Shown piece by piece: positions 34,548 through 46,533 of a stretch of 64,000 nucleotides of DNA (positions are counted from its first letter, which is position 1; every line of letters starts with the position of its first letter). Under the pieces are notes generated by a model. The model was not told where the DNA came from. It saw only the letters and a program-made list of their open reading frames with translations, and searched no databases. This stretch comes from Minutocellus sp. GHC0000111 (taxonomy: Eukaryota): assembly GCA_977018835.1 (NCBI GenBank), contig OZ361256.1, forward strand, positions 3,348,001-3,412,000, in the 5' to 3' direction. A program made the position numbers and the translations under genes.

Positions 34548-37048
34548 ATGGACGAGCCTGCTCAAGAGAACCAGGTCGATGCTGAAGGTGGTGGCGTTGT
34601 GGTAGCTGCGGCTGCGGCTGCAGGCGGCGGCGACGAGGCCGGCAATGTAGCTGCAGCGGGAGCAATTCAAGAAGGCAACGACGGCAGCAATGTCGAGGCA
34701 TCTTCGGAGAATTCAAACGGCAACCAGAACGGCGAGGAAGCGATGGACGTCGAAACTGGAGCTACTGCAGCTCCGTCCTCTCGCTACTCCCTTCGCAAGA
34801 GGAAGCCACTGCTGGCCATTCAGGGCAGCAATTCGACTTCTGCTGCTGCCGGCGGTAATTCCAATTCCAATGCAGCCGTGCATTCAGCTGCCGACCCCTT
34901 CGGCTACGTCAACACGGCAGCCCTCACCGATCGCCAGTTCGAGAAGATGCTGGCCAAATACGAGGAGGACGGCGTCCGCGAACGGGCCCAGAAGAAGCTG
35001 CGACTGGTGCGGGGATACGGCGATGACGACTACCCGTACGAGGCGCCGCCCGAGGGCTGTCCTCCCTTCAGTTCGTTGCCCAAGGAGGCCATCCAGCTGG
35101 TATTTGAGCTGCTGCCCAGTGTCCGGTCGGTCTTCAACCTGGCCTTTCAGTCCAAGTACATGCTGTCCTTCGTGGAGGAGAGGGTAAGTCGGATTGCTTA
35201 TAAGTTCATCACTATATTTATCGTCATCTTGCCATTGCTCAGTCCTCACCATTTCTCCTTCATTGTCATACATTATCCACCTCCTACCCACATTATCCAC
35301 GTTCTACCCTTATTGCTAGACCGACATCATCATTCGGGCTGCCATCCACGAAAATGCCGGCAATGGCAATAAGAACCAGCTTCGGTATGCCATGGAGCGT
35401 ATGAACAAACTTGTCAACGATCGTGCCATCCACGTTCCAAGTCCCATTCGTTTACTTCGCCTTCTCTGTGCCAAGCGGTGCGAACGTGGTTCGAACTGTT
35501 GGTGCTACGACCTCAAGACCGAGCAATCATCGTCCAAGAATGTGGAAACTTCGTGTGTGTGGCTTTTCGGCTTTGCTCTTTGTTCTCAGTGCTCATCTGA
35601 TGTTGGTGTTCCGCTCACAAATTGGTGGAACCACTGGGCTCGACTCGAGGACAAGATTGCCGGGGCGAATTGGAACCAGCTCCTCAACCCCAACAATGCT
35701 GCTGATCTAGTCATTGGACCCAACGGCGAGAATATCGGTCCTCGGTTCAATGCGCTGCAAGTAATCCAGATTTGCGCGACGCATGTTGGGGATCGTGACA
35801 AACAGAAGGAGGTCTTCGAAGCACTTGTCAAAAGGATGTATGGAGAGGAAGGCAGCGACGAGTTGGTCGCGTACGAGCAGACGTGCGGAGAGTTTGTGCA
35901 AATTATTGAAACGGCACAGAGTGATCTCAAGGCATGGGAAAGAGCAAAGGAAAATCGAGAGCGCGAAGAACGCAAGCGTCGCAATGAGGAGGCTATTGCG
36001 AAAAAGAAGAAAAATCTCCTGCCCCTAATCTCGGCCCTCGAGGAAGCTGTCGCCGACGAGCCACTGAAGGATCTTGCTCTTGACTTTGAATGGCAAAATT
36101 CACAAAGTGATCCGATCAAATTCGCCTGCTCTTTCGTATCTGGGCCGTTTGGTAGAATGTTCGAGGCCCCTTCTTCCTCCACGAAGAAGAAGCTCAAAGC
36201 TGCCTTGACCACGGTTAGGGAGCGGCTTCAAATCCTCTCAGATAACGAAGACTTTACTTCTCTCGCCTTTCTGACGCCTTTGATTGACTCCAACGTAACT
36301 TGGAAAAAGAGATTCCTTCAGAAAGTGCTGGCCCACTGCCAGGAAAAGAATGTGAACAGCCTTCAGGGTCTTGTTAAGAGTCCGCGCACTTGGAGGAGTG
36401 GGCGCCACACTGACCGCCATAATCTCAATGACGACTTTTTCCGCATGCTCGACGAGAAGAAATACTTCGATGCAAGTAAGTGAAAGGGCTATGATTGGAA
36501 ACTTAGCTTATCTTTTGTGGCGTTCTTTTCTCATCTCATCCGCATCTTTTCTTACCTTTGTAGTCCTTCACATCCTTATGAATCGCAACGATTTGAACGA
36601 CCTTGTTGCTGATACCTTCGTGTTTTCAGATTCTCCGAATGCTGGCAAGCGCCGCGATCTCGCCAGAAAAGTATGGCGCAAGGTCAAGAAAGGAAGGTGT
36701 TACCTGACAGAGCAGTCCTTCACCGAGACGTTGAAGCGATGCCGTCGAGAATTCACGACAATGGCGAACAATATGTCTTTCTTCCTCGAGCGGCAGTCGG
36801 TGAAGGACTACATTGCAGCGGATCCAGCACCCAGCTGGCGTACCTCACGAAAGTACTCCGTGGAGTCTCTATGGAATCCCTTTACATCCCGATTTCGTCG
36901 ATTGCGTAATATCAACGTTCCTCAGGCCCTTGCCCAGGTTACTCCGTACGAATTGCTTTTGAATAGGGAATATGATCTCTTGCTGCAGGCTGCGCAATAC
37001 TACGAGAGTGTACTCAGTATCTGCCCTCATGAATACGAGAATCTTTGA
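34548..37048 (+). CDS. Unknown protein (possible F-box-like motif and Cys cluster), copy 1; introns 35184-35319 and 36476-36563
   Basis: GTAAGT...TAG introns join three ORFs in frame. FSSLPKEAIQLVFELLP is F-box-like; LCAKRCERG..C...C..C cluster. Confidence 0.7.
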
Positions 37049-37139
37049 ATGCAGGACTTCGTTGCCATTGACTCGCAAACATATTTCATAGTGAGAAGAT
37101 AATTGCCTTCGCGTTCATTCTCGTTCTTTATCTATGTAG

Positions 37140-38541
37140 CTAACCACAGCCCGAATTTAGAGACAGAGACATTTCAAGGCTCTTGAATGTCATTATGCGT
37201 TGCGTACAATCATCACCTTCCACCTGAAGCAGACATCCACCAAGGTCCATCTCAAAATATTCCGCTCCTCCTTCATCGTCCTCTTTATCTCCATCGGTCG
37301 CCTTTACGACCTTGCTCAATCTAGCATCAATCTCAAGCCTCGCATCATTCGGCCTCTCCAAACGGTATCCCAATCGCTCTGTCTTGGCTTGACGATACAG
37401 ACGCTTACTCCTCCGTTTAGCCCTGCCGACATCCACCAACGGATCGGGAACTCTGACTGTTATTCCTCTTGCCCCAGCCTTCTCCCAAAGCTGGATATTC
37501 CCAAATTGGCGCAAATGACCTGCGACGATACCGGTTGGAGGCAACGGCGGTGGTGATCTTTCCCAATCAGTACCGGCATCATCGCCATCATCCTCGGGAA
37601 TCTCGTGAAGAAGCTCCTTGTCCAATTTCCTTTGCTCTTCCTTGCTCAACTCGCAGCTTGTCCATTCCAGCTCGGAATAAGGGCACGGTGGCCGCGGTAT
37701 CATTCGAGCCTCGCCCTCAGTCCTTGCATTCATATCTGATCTCTGTCTCTTGCGACCAGCCAAGGTTTCAGAATCCGATTCTTCGTTGGTTTCCGCAGAA
37801 GCTTCAACAGCACTGCTTGGTAGTTTTCTTCCCGAGGCGATTTCCGCCGTGGTGCTAGCCCCAACACGGCTACTGGCCATCCGTTCGCAATTGTACTGCA
37901 CCGTCTTCTCCAGCAAGCTCTTCATCGGACGCGTCGGCAAGGTCGGCCAATATCGACGCTGACTCCGAAGCTGCGGCAGCTGTGCTATCTCCGACTTCCT
38001 CCCCATCTTGTTGATCGGCGGCTGCAGATTCGTTTACTTCTCTGCTCGTATCTTCTTGATCGGCGTCATCTAACTCTGCTGCTTCGCCATCTTCCAAGAA
38101 CTTGCCAGCCTGAATGACCTCCAGTGCAATGTCGGCAGACGATGGAAAACCGTCGTGACCCTCCTGTCCCCGCCTCAAACATTCCGCCCACTTTCGCCCT
38201 ACTCGCTCCGCAAACGCATACGCCGCGTCAATATCCGCCTGCATTACTTCAATCTCCTCATCATTGCTTGCATTTGCAGCAGCAGATCGGCCGGCACTCT
38301 CGGTCGGCTCGTCTTCGATGCTGCTGATGCTTCCATCGTCGTACTGGTGGGTCTGCGCAAGTTCCTGCCGCTGTTGTAGGGTCCGCTCTACCACAGTCTT
38401 TCGCAGGGCGCTAGCAGCTGCTTCGCGGAGGACGGAGCGGATCCAGCATCGTTGGATGGCATGTGACGACTGATGCGCCTGTTGGAGGTAGCTTGGTGCT
38501 TCGATGTTCGTCGTGGTGGCGGTGGTCGGCGGGTCGGTCAT
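37140..38541 (-). CDS. Hypothetical acidic protein; two overlapping ORFs probably joined by an indel near 37890
   Basis: ORFs 38553-37870 and 38006-37140 both have protein-like composition; no family recognised. Confidence 0.5.
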
Positions 38542-39206
38542 GTTTCGTCGCACAAGATGTGCTAGTTTCGGGCGTTAAAAAGATACCTCAAAAAGAGGGC
38601 TGCAGCACATTCACAAACACTTATTCGGTATTGATGGAGCGGACTGTCGAATCCTGGTGCCTTCACTCAACACAATCGACCGCGACGGTATCTGCCGCCT
38701 CCTCGGCTGCAAGGATGTTGGATGGGCGACTGACTGTCAACTGACCGCCGGGCTCATCTTATCTTCGCCGACTTCGCCGACCCGGGCCGCGCCATAATTC
38801 AAGACTGCGGAAGTCGTTGATCCTCACTTTACCTTGAGACGGATCATGTTAGTTCGTGCGTGGAGATGCACCTAAAGGCGGAATTTGTAGCACATACCCT
38901 TGTCTTTATTATATCATTTCACCGTTATGTATGCTACCTGCGCCATGTTGCTTGTACTCCATCGGACCAACGGCCACTTCGAGCAAAATTTCGAGACACC
39001 ATGTCTTTCGCAATGTAGTTGTGTGCAATTTTTTATGATATAAAGATTCGGCCTGACGATACAGTGACGAGAAAGTGCCCGAAGAGGCAAGCATGTGATT
39101 GAGACTTGCCCTAACCATACTTAAATATATGTCAAATTCTACAAGTCTATGTCTATGTAAGATCCATACGAAAAACACTCACCAACTCTGTCGAATCAGA
39201 TCTTAT

Positions 39207-40784
39207 CTACTTTTTGCTATTCTCGAGAGCGGCAAGCTCTGCTTCAATCTCCTTGAGTCGCTCTTCAGCAGCCTTTCGGAGCTCACTCAGAGACTCGGCG
39301 ACATCCTCCTTGTCGTCTACTTCGACAGTCTTGGGAGCTTCTGCCTTGGCGGGAAGAGGAGCAGGAACCGTTTCTGCTGGCTTCGCGTACTGATTCGTTG
39401 CCGTTGATGGCGGAACGTCCGTCCACTCTCCATACAATCCGCGCTCGGCAATGTACCCGAGTGGCTTTTCAAGCGGCTTTTCTCCGGCATCGGCCGCAGC
39501 CTTTTCAATTGCATAAATGCACTCGCCGAGATTGCCGCCCCGTTCCAGAGCGTCGACGAGTGCGTCGTAGCTGGCCTTGTACGTTCTCAATAATAGTACG
39601 GCCTGAAGAGCACCCCATCGAGCCTGATTCTTGATGCGCTCGGCATCCCAGGAAACGGCCCCACCGCCCCGAGGGTTGATGCTCGATAAGAATCTAACCA
39701 AGGCCATCTCGTCACCGGCACCGCCGTCGGCTCTGCCAAAGTTGATCGCTTCAGCAGCGATACCACCCATGACAATCACCGAATACCGGTCGATGCTGGT
39801 TCGGCTTAGTGGCCTCTGCCCATTCATCTCCTCGCTCAGATCTCTGTCGAAGAAAGAAGTGCCGGCCGATACCGTTGTAGACCGGCCTCCGAATCGAGCA
39901 TCTTGAAGAGCTGCCCAGCTCGAGAGGACACATCCTTCAACCGGACAACCCAATAAATATGCGCATAGAAAGTGCCCTGCTTCGTGCCGGAGAATCTTCT
40001 TTCTGTATTCCGGCATGACGGTCCTGATCGCTGTATCAAAAACAGCGCCATTTACCAGAAGCTTGTCAAAAAAAGCCAAAGTGATGGTACTCAGGACCAA
40101 GAAATTGAGATCAATTCCAGTCGAAAGGGAAACAAATCCTTCCGTGATGGCCAGTATGATTCCACCGATGAGGAACGTGTTGGTCGGCTTGGGCGTCAGA
40201 CTGAGCATTTCCATTTCTGTAATTTGCTCCAAGAGGGTTGGCGTCACCATTTTTGAGCCCATTGCCGGAAGAGGATGGTCCTTTCGCCCAGCAGCACCAA
40301 ACAGCTTCAAATGTCCGGCATCGGCCAGTGCTGTGTACAGCTCCGTCATTTCATTTCGCGACGGTGATATCGGCGGGTACTGCGCCGTCATCATATCCAG
40401 CGTCGCACGGTTGTTCACTGTGTTCTCCTCGGCTTCCGACGTTCGTACTTCAATCGCATCAAAGATTCGTTGGAATCGATCCCGCGGAATGGACATGTCG
40501 GGATGATTCTTGAGCGTGCGGGTTGCTGCTCGCAGATTTGGCTGCTTGTCGCCCTGGTCGATTGATATGTACTCATCAAACAACTTCTCGTCGGGAGAGG
40601 TTTGGTCGGTGTCTCCGTTTACTGCCATTTGTAGCTGATGTGATGCTCTCTGAGGAGCTATTGAATGCATACTGCGCAATTGATTTGCTCTCTGGCCTTG
40701 TCTTGGCAGTGCTGACGATCGTGGCGGAACAACAAAGGCATCGGCGGTAAATGTCGAAGAAAGAAGCAAAGCAAGGACCGACAT
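39207..40784 (-). CDS. Plastid-targeted M41-like zinc metalloprotease-domain protein without an AAA domain (VIR3-like family)
   Basis: Presequence ending ADA-FV; RHEAGHFLCAYLLG and MGGIAAEAINFGRADGGAGD motifs. Confidence 0.8.
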   Translation of the reverse strand: MSVLALLLSSTFTADAFVVPPRSSALPRQGQRANQLRSMHSIAPQRASHQLQMAVNGDTDQTSPDEKLFDEYISIDQGDKQPNLRAATRTLKNHPDMSIPRDRFQRIFDAIEVRTSEAEENTVNNRATLDMMTAQYPPISPSRNEMTELYTALADAGHLKLFGAAGRKDHPLPAMGSKMVTPTLLEQITEMEMLSLTPKPTNTFLIGGIILAITEGFVSLSTGIDLNFLVLSTITLAFFDKLLVNGAVFDTAIRTVMPEYRKKILRHEAGHFLCAYLLGCPVEGCVLSSWAALQDARFGGRSTTVSAGTSFFDRDLSEEMNGQRPLSRTSIDRYSVIVMGGIAAEAINFGRADGGAGDEMALVRFLSSINPRGGGAVSWDAERIKNQARWGALQAVLLLRTYKASYDALVDALERGGNLGECIYAIEKAAADAGEKPLEKPLGYIAERGLYGEWTDVPPSTATNQYAKPAETVPAPLPAKAEAPKTVEVDDKEDVAESLSELRKAAEERLKEIEAELAALENSKK

Positions 40785-42266
40785 AGCTGATGCCGACGTT
40801 GCTGAAGTCCGGCACGGTCGAATGCGACTACAACTATATTTTCATTTTGAATATGTTGTAAATGAAGAGAATATCAGGATTATCAGTGAGCAAAAGAGGA
40901 TTATAAAAAAGAACACCGCATGCATCATTTCCTTTCAGTATGTGATTGTAACAGAATCAATAAAGCGATTGGAGGTGGATGATATCTCCAATCACAAGCG
41001 GAATCTGCAGTATACGCGTCTATTCTTGCATCTTGTATGTAATTTACACCCTCGCATAACAACGGAATTGTGTTCGGGGATGCTCTAGAGATGCTTGGCT
41101 TCTAGAAATGCTCAGCCGAAAGGAAAATTCGAACGGCGGAAATGCTCCGCCGATTGGGGCGCAAGTTAAGTTCCTTGAAACTCCCGAGTGTATACGTGGA
41201 GAGATGTGCTCACCTCATGGACTGACGCATGATTCTTTCTTCACGGATGATTACTTCAGTTTCAATTTATGAATCAGTGCAGCTCGAGAACAATATGGTG
41301 ATCTTGTGAGCTGGTTCTCCCCAAGAGTCAGTCAGCTGGTTGTCTTGTATCGTGCCTTCTTCGACCTTCCACGAGATGCGATGGAATGAGTCAGAGGGGA
41401 GAGGTCGGTGTTGGAGAATATGTCAACGACGTGAAAGTGGAGATTCTGAATCGAATCGACTGATGCACGAGCAAACCAAACAATTCTGCGCTGACTGGTT
41501 GTCTGCGTCGATGAGTTGGCTGGCAGCGTTGTGTGCGTCAGGCGAGCCCACTGATTCGATACGCCATCTACTGATGCACACCGAACACCTCGCGCTCGGC
41601 TCGGCCTCGTCATCGTCGTGGATTTCGGCTTCTCGTGTTTTTTTAGGTTCACTTCGAACGTCATCACTTTCTTCCTGAGACAGTTTCGACGCTTGTTGCG
41701 ATATTTGTAGCCAGCTCAGTTGACGAAGTTTGAGACGAAGCAACCGAGAGGAGGACAAGTGGTTGCCGCCTTTGCATTGCCATACTGGCCAGAGGATCGG
41801 ACTGTCGTGGCGCATTTTGCATGCTCCTTTCAGAGCTGATCAGTCAGGAAAACTCGCTTCAATTAGTTACCGCGCTCTCTCGAGGAGGGTCGGGAGCTTC
41901 TGCCCGCCCTCACGTTTTCGTCACGAACGCTTTGCGCTCGTCCTCGTCCCCAAGTAAAGCGTCTGCGCTTGGCAGGGCCTTGGATAAGCGTGCGTTGGGC
42001 GCATCTATCTCTGAATCGTCTGAGAAGTATCTACGTCACAGTTTTCGACAGCACATCTTGTGCTCGAAATTTTCGGACTGATTACAGTACTCGTAAGCCG
42101 TCGGCCAAGCAGGGGGCGGCCCCACGAGAGAACTGTTCTAGCTAGAGGCCAGGCAAGAAATAGAGTTTGTTCGTTGAGACGCACTTTCGCTCTTTGAGGC
42201 CTACCCTGGTGAACTTGGCTATAGCACGTGATTCTCAAGTACAGGTCAGCTCATCTCAGTCCGAAC

Positions 42267-45200
42267 ATGTCGTACGACGGTGACATTCCCGACATGAATG
42301 GAAACCCGGACGAGGCACCGGATATTCCCAAGCATGGATTTGGCCTGGCTGATGATTCTGCCAACGTGGAAACGGCCAACGTTGTCACCCAGCCGTCTCC
42401 TGTCTTGGCCGCCGCAGCAGCCGCCGCGGCCGCCGATGGAGAGCCGGTAGACGCTCCGGTAGCTCTGGCGGCTGCCCTGGCATTCAATATGGCGGCCCTT
42501 GACGGACGTCCTTTGGGTGGCTTGGACAGCTCGGGTGGTACTACCCCGACTGATAATGGGGTTGCATCGGTCACTGGATCGGGCATGGTTGCAAGTCCGA
42601 GAGCACAGAAGATGGTAGGTTTTCGTATGGATGATCATAGCATTGACTCGACCTGTCGATTTTTTGCTCTACCTTAGCATATCAAACAATACATGGTTCT
42701 CACCTGACTCTCCCTTTTCTCCCTATCCAGTTCATGGGTGGTATTACGCCGTCCAAAAAGGCCAAGGCGAAAAAGGGCAAGTCCAAACCCAAACCGAAGC
42801 TCCCCATGAGGGCCAACGCCCCCGGACGTGTCGTACCGATGATGCCCTCTCTTCCCGGTACCGTCGGTCCTGTCACTCCCATCAGGGGAAAGAAACAGGC
42901 CACCTCGACTTCGGCATCCAATGCTCTTCCGGATGAGGATGCCTTGGCCGCCAAAGTTGCCGCCGATGCCGTTACCGCATCCGATGCCGCCAAACGCAAG
43001 ATGAAGAATCGGGAGCGCAAGATGAAGCTGCAGAAGTTGGAGAAGGCAAAGAGGATCGCTCTCGAGCAATATGCCAAAATGAAGGCCAAGGAACAGCTCA
43101 AGGCAAAGGCAAATGCCAGGGCGAAGGCCGATGTTAATGCAAAAGCCCATGCCAAGGCGGAGGCCGATGCTTTGGCAAAGTGTGCGGCCTTAGCCCAACC
43201 TGTCGATACGGCTGCTACTGCGCAAGCGGCCACGGCAGGAACGGAGCCTCAGGCCGTGGCTGATAAGGTTCCACGTACGAATGCTGCATCCAATCCGGTA
43301 GATACTTCACCGCCCGCCGCCGCCTCAACGGCAACAGATGCCCATGCTACGGATGACCACCCAATGTCACCCACTGCCGCCATCCCTCCGCTCGATTTGG
43401 CGCATCCATCTCCAGGCACCCCTCTACCTCCGCTGCCCGCGGTTCCGCAGGTTCCGCAGCCGATGGAGGTCGAGAAAGCTGAGGTCGAGAAAGCTGAGGT
43501 GGAGGAGAAGAAGCAAGAGGCCGACGATGCTGTTCTCAACCATGCCCTCGCTGCTGCCAATGCCGCTGCCGTGGTAGATAATACGCTCAATACGGCCAGC
43601 GGTCAGCAGACGCATGAGCTATGTGCGGCGTCGGCCTTGGCGGTCGCCGCAGCCGCGGCTGAGGAACCGCGAGGTGACGATCGTATGAACGATTTCCACA
43701 CCGCCGTCGGTGGTGAACGGACAAACCCGCCGACAAAAGGAGGACCAAGACGGCGCGGTCTTGGATCAACCAGTGGTTCCGAGGGAGCAGGAGAGGAGCA
43801 GTTCGATAAGCTGCCAGAAGAAGTACCGAAAAAGAGGGGCCCTGGAAGGCCGAAAAAGAAGCGGTCAGGTACTCCCAGATCAGCGGCGGAATCGGATAAG
43901 CCTTCTATTGATAGTGATAAATCAAAAGAAAAGAAGAAGTTGAAAACTCCAAGGAAGAAAAAGGATCCACCGCCGCCAAGGAGTAGCTCAACCCGGCAAC
44001 GGAAGCAGCCTGGGCTGTACTCTGATGATCGACCTGGCACTGTAACGTACGAGGAGCAATTTGGGGACGGGAAGGACAAGGGCGGGAAGAAGGAAATGAT
44101 GGAGGATCCGGAAACAGGCGAATATATCATGAAGAAGATGACCGCGAAGGAGGCCTTGGCCGTGGAAGGATTGATTGATAATGCTGACGCCAACGACGAT
44201 ATGGATGTTGATGGTGACCGGCGCGTAGTCGACGAAGAGGATGAAGATCCTGTTGAACATGAAGCTGAGTCTATGAAACCTGTTGGCCGAAAAGCAGGGC
44301 GCAAGAATGCCGCAGCGGGAGAGCGAGGCAAGAAACGGTCGGCAAGCAAAAGCGCCGGGGGGTCTAGTAACTCTGAACCCGCAAAGAAGCGTGGGCGAGG
44401 TCGGCCACGGAAAAATGTAGACCTTTTCGAAGAAACTGATACTGCCCAAGCTGATTCGTCATCTAAAGGGAAGCGTACCAGAGGTGGAGAAGGCAAAAAG
44501 GCTAGAAAGCGAACGGCCGGCGCGAGCGTTGCTGCCGAGAATTCTTCGAAAGAGCTTGAGAAAGATTTGGCAGATGAAACGGCAGAGTCCAATGCTATTC
44601 CTTCCGAAGTCTCAACCAAGGCTCCGGAAAAAGACAAAGGTAATGACACGGTGGAAGCCAACGCTGTTGCGGACGCAAAAAAGGCTGCTGACGCGGAAAA
44701 GGTACACAATCTTTTCATTTCGCGGGAGGGTAAGAACGCGTACTTTCGTGTCGAGCTTTTGATTGGCCCGCCTGAAAATCGTGTGAGGATGGTGCCGTTT
44801 AGTGAAGTGCTGTGCGAAGACGGCGACCTATCCATCGATTCGTACGTCGCAACCGAGGGGCAGCCTTTTGCGCTTCGGGTCAAGATTGCCCGGCCTCGAA
44901 CTGACAACGCTGTGTATGGCGGTAGCGTCTACATTGACAAACCTTGCAGCTGTAAGCATCACGAACGCACCGAGAGGCTCGGCGAGCAGCATGTTTGCGG
45001 GAAGAAGAACGCTGTGACCAAGCAGCTCAACGAGGGAATGGATCACTTCTTCTGGATCGGTCCCGGTGAGACCGAATATATGATTGAAGGGTTCTACAAG
45101 AATCAGGCCACGTCCCAGCAGTTCGTTTTTGCGAAACCAACGCAAGACCTTGATCTTGCTGAAGGGTTTGAACAAAACGACGATAGACTTCAGAACGAGC

Positions 45201-46078
45201 GTATGATGAACATCTTCCGGTCGATCGGTGGAATTCGCATCTCGTTTTCGCTCCTCAAGAAGTGGAAGAAACGCGCTCCCAATCATAGTTTTAATCCAAA
45301 GCAAGCTGCCATCGATACCGAGGCCTTTGTTGAGCGCAAGGGTAAGGAACTGTCGGCCCAGCCGGGCGAAATCGTCGAGGATAGAGTCCCCGAGACAGAT
45401 CGCGAGGCGGTCCTTTCCGACACGATTGTCTTTGAGAAGCGAATCGACTACAACACATTTTGCGGGTATAAGGCCAGCCAATCGATGGTAAAATACACCA
45501 ATACCATCGGGCTGTACAAGGGCCTGCCCGTTGATATTCTCAAGCAGGAAGACGTGCGGAAGCAGTGCGTCAATATGTACATGACGCAGGTCCCCCTGGA
45601 TCGGATGCGGAACAAGTTCCTGGACAACCTCGAGGAGACCTTCAAGCAGACCCATTCCTCGGCGGGTCAGTCGTCCTCGGAGGGAGCTGCGTCGCGGTCG
45701 GCTGCCGACGACAACGACGAGCCAAATCCATACAGCAAGCCCGACAAGTGGGTGCCGGTCCAGGCCATTGTGCGTGCCATCTGCCGCGATCTGTCTCCCG
45801 CCGGATCCTACCTGATCTGCACCGACGAATATCACGTCGACGAAAAGACCGGGATTCGCAACTACGGCGAGACGGTCGTTCAGAACACCGAGGCATCCGC
45901 TGAAGAGAGGTATGTCGACATGGAATACAAGACGTCCAAGCTGGCTGACTACTTCACCAAGGACCCTCATATTTACGACAGCAGGGACAGTGGAACGGAC
46001 GCTGATGGCACCATCCGCTATGAAGTCTGTGCTGCCGTGGTCGATTTGACGGGCAACAGTGATGATGAGTTTGGATAA
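42267..46078 (+). CDS. Large nuclear protein with AT-hook motifs and a globular C-terminal region; intron 42615-42730
   Basis: KKRGPGRPKK and KKRGRGRPRK motifs and many basic clusters. A GTAGGT...CCAG intron joins an upstream exon in frame. Confidence 0.7.
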
Positions 46079-46533
46079 ATTAGGGCCGGTTATACCGCTG
46101 GAGTAACGTAGATAGTCTAAATAAGCACCCGCCGGTCTGAGAGAAGATGGATGGACAGTCGGGCATGGACGGGTGACTGACTTCTGTTGTGTTTTCATTG
46201 CATTGAATCAAATAAAAATGTACAATTCTAATTAGATCTAGTACCAGTATAAAATCAAGTAAGTGTCGATAACTTCAAGGTAGAGACTGTATCAGAACGC
46301 GTTGGTTGCTTCTTATAGATCTAGTATGAGCCGCGAAGGTTTCTTCCTCTCCAGGCTGGCTTTGCTTTTTGGCCGTGAAAGAATCCCTACGTGTACGTGT
46401 ACGTGCTACGTAGTACAGATGCACACGAGAAGAAGGACAGACCATTGCCATGTTGGGGAGTGCCCCGCTCGATGACGCGGAAAATCGAGCAGGAAACCGA
46501 CACAACTAACTCAACTCAACTCAATCCGCAACG

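Noticed and set aside
40900..42200. Cys-containing short minus-strand ORFs
   Set aside because: Fragmentary, with stops in all frames and no assignable family.
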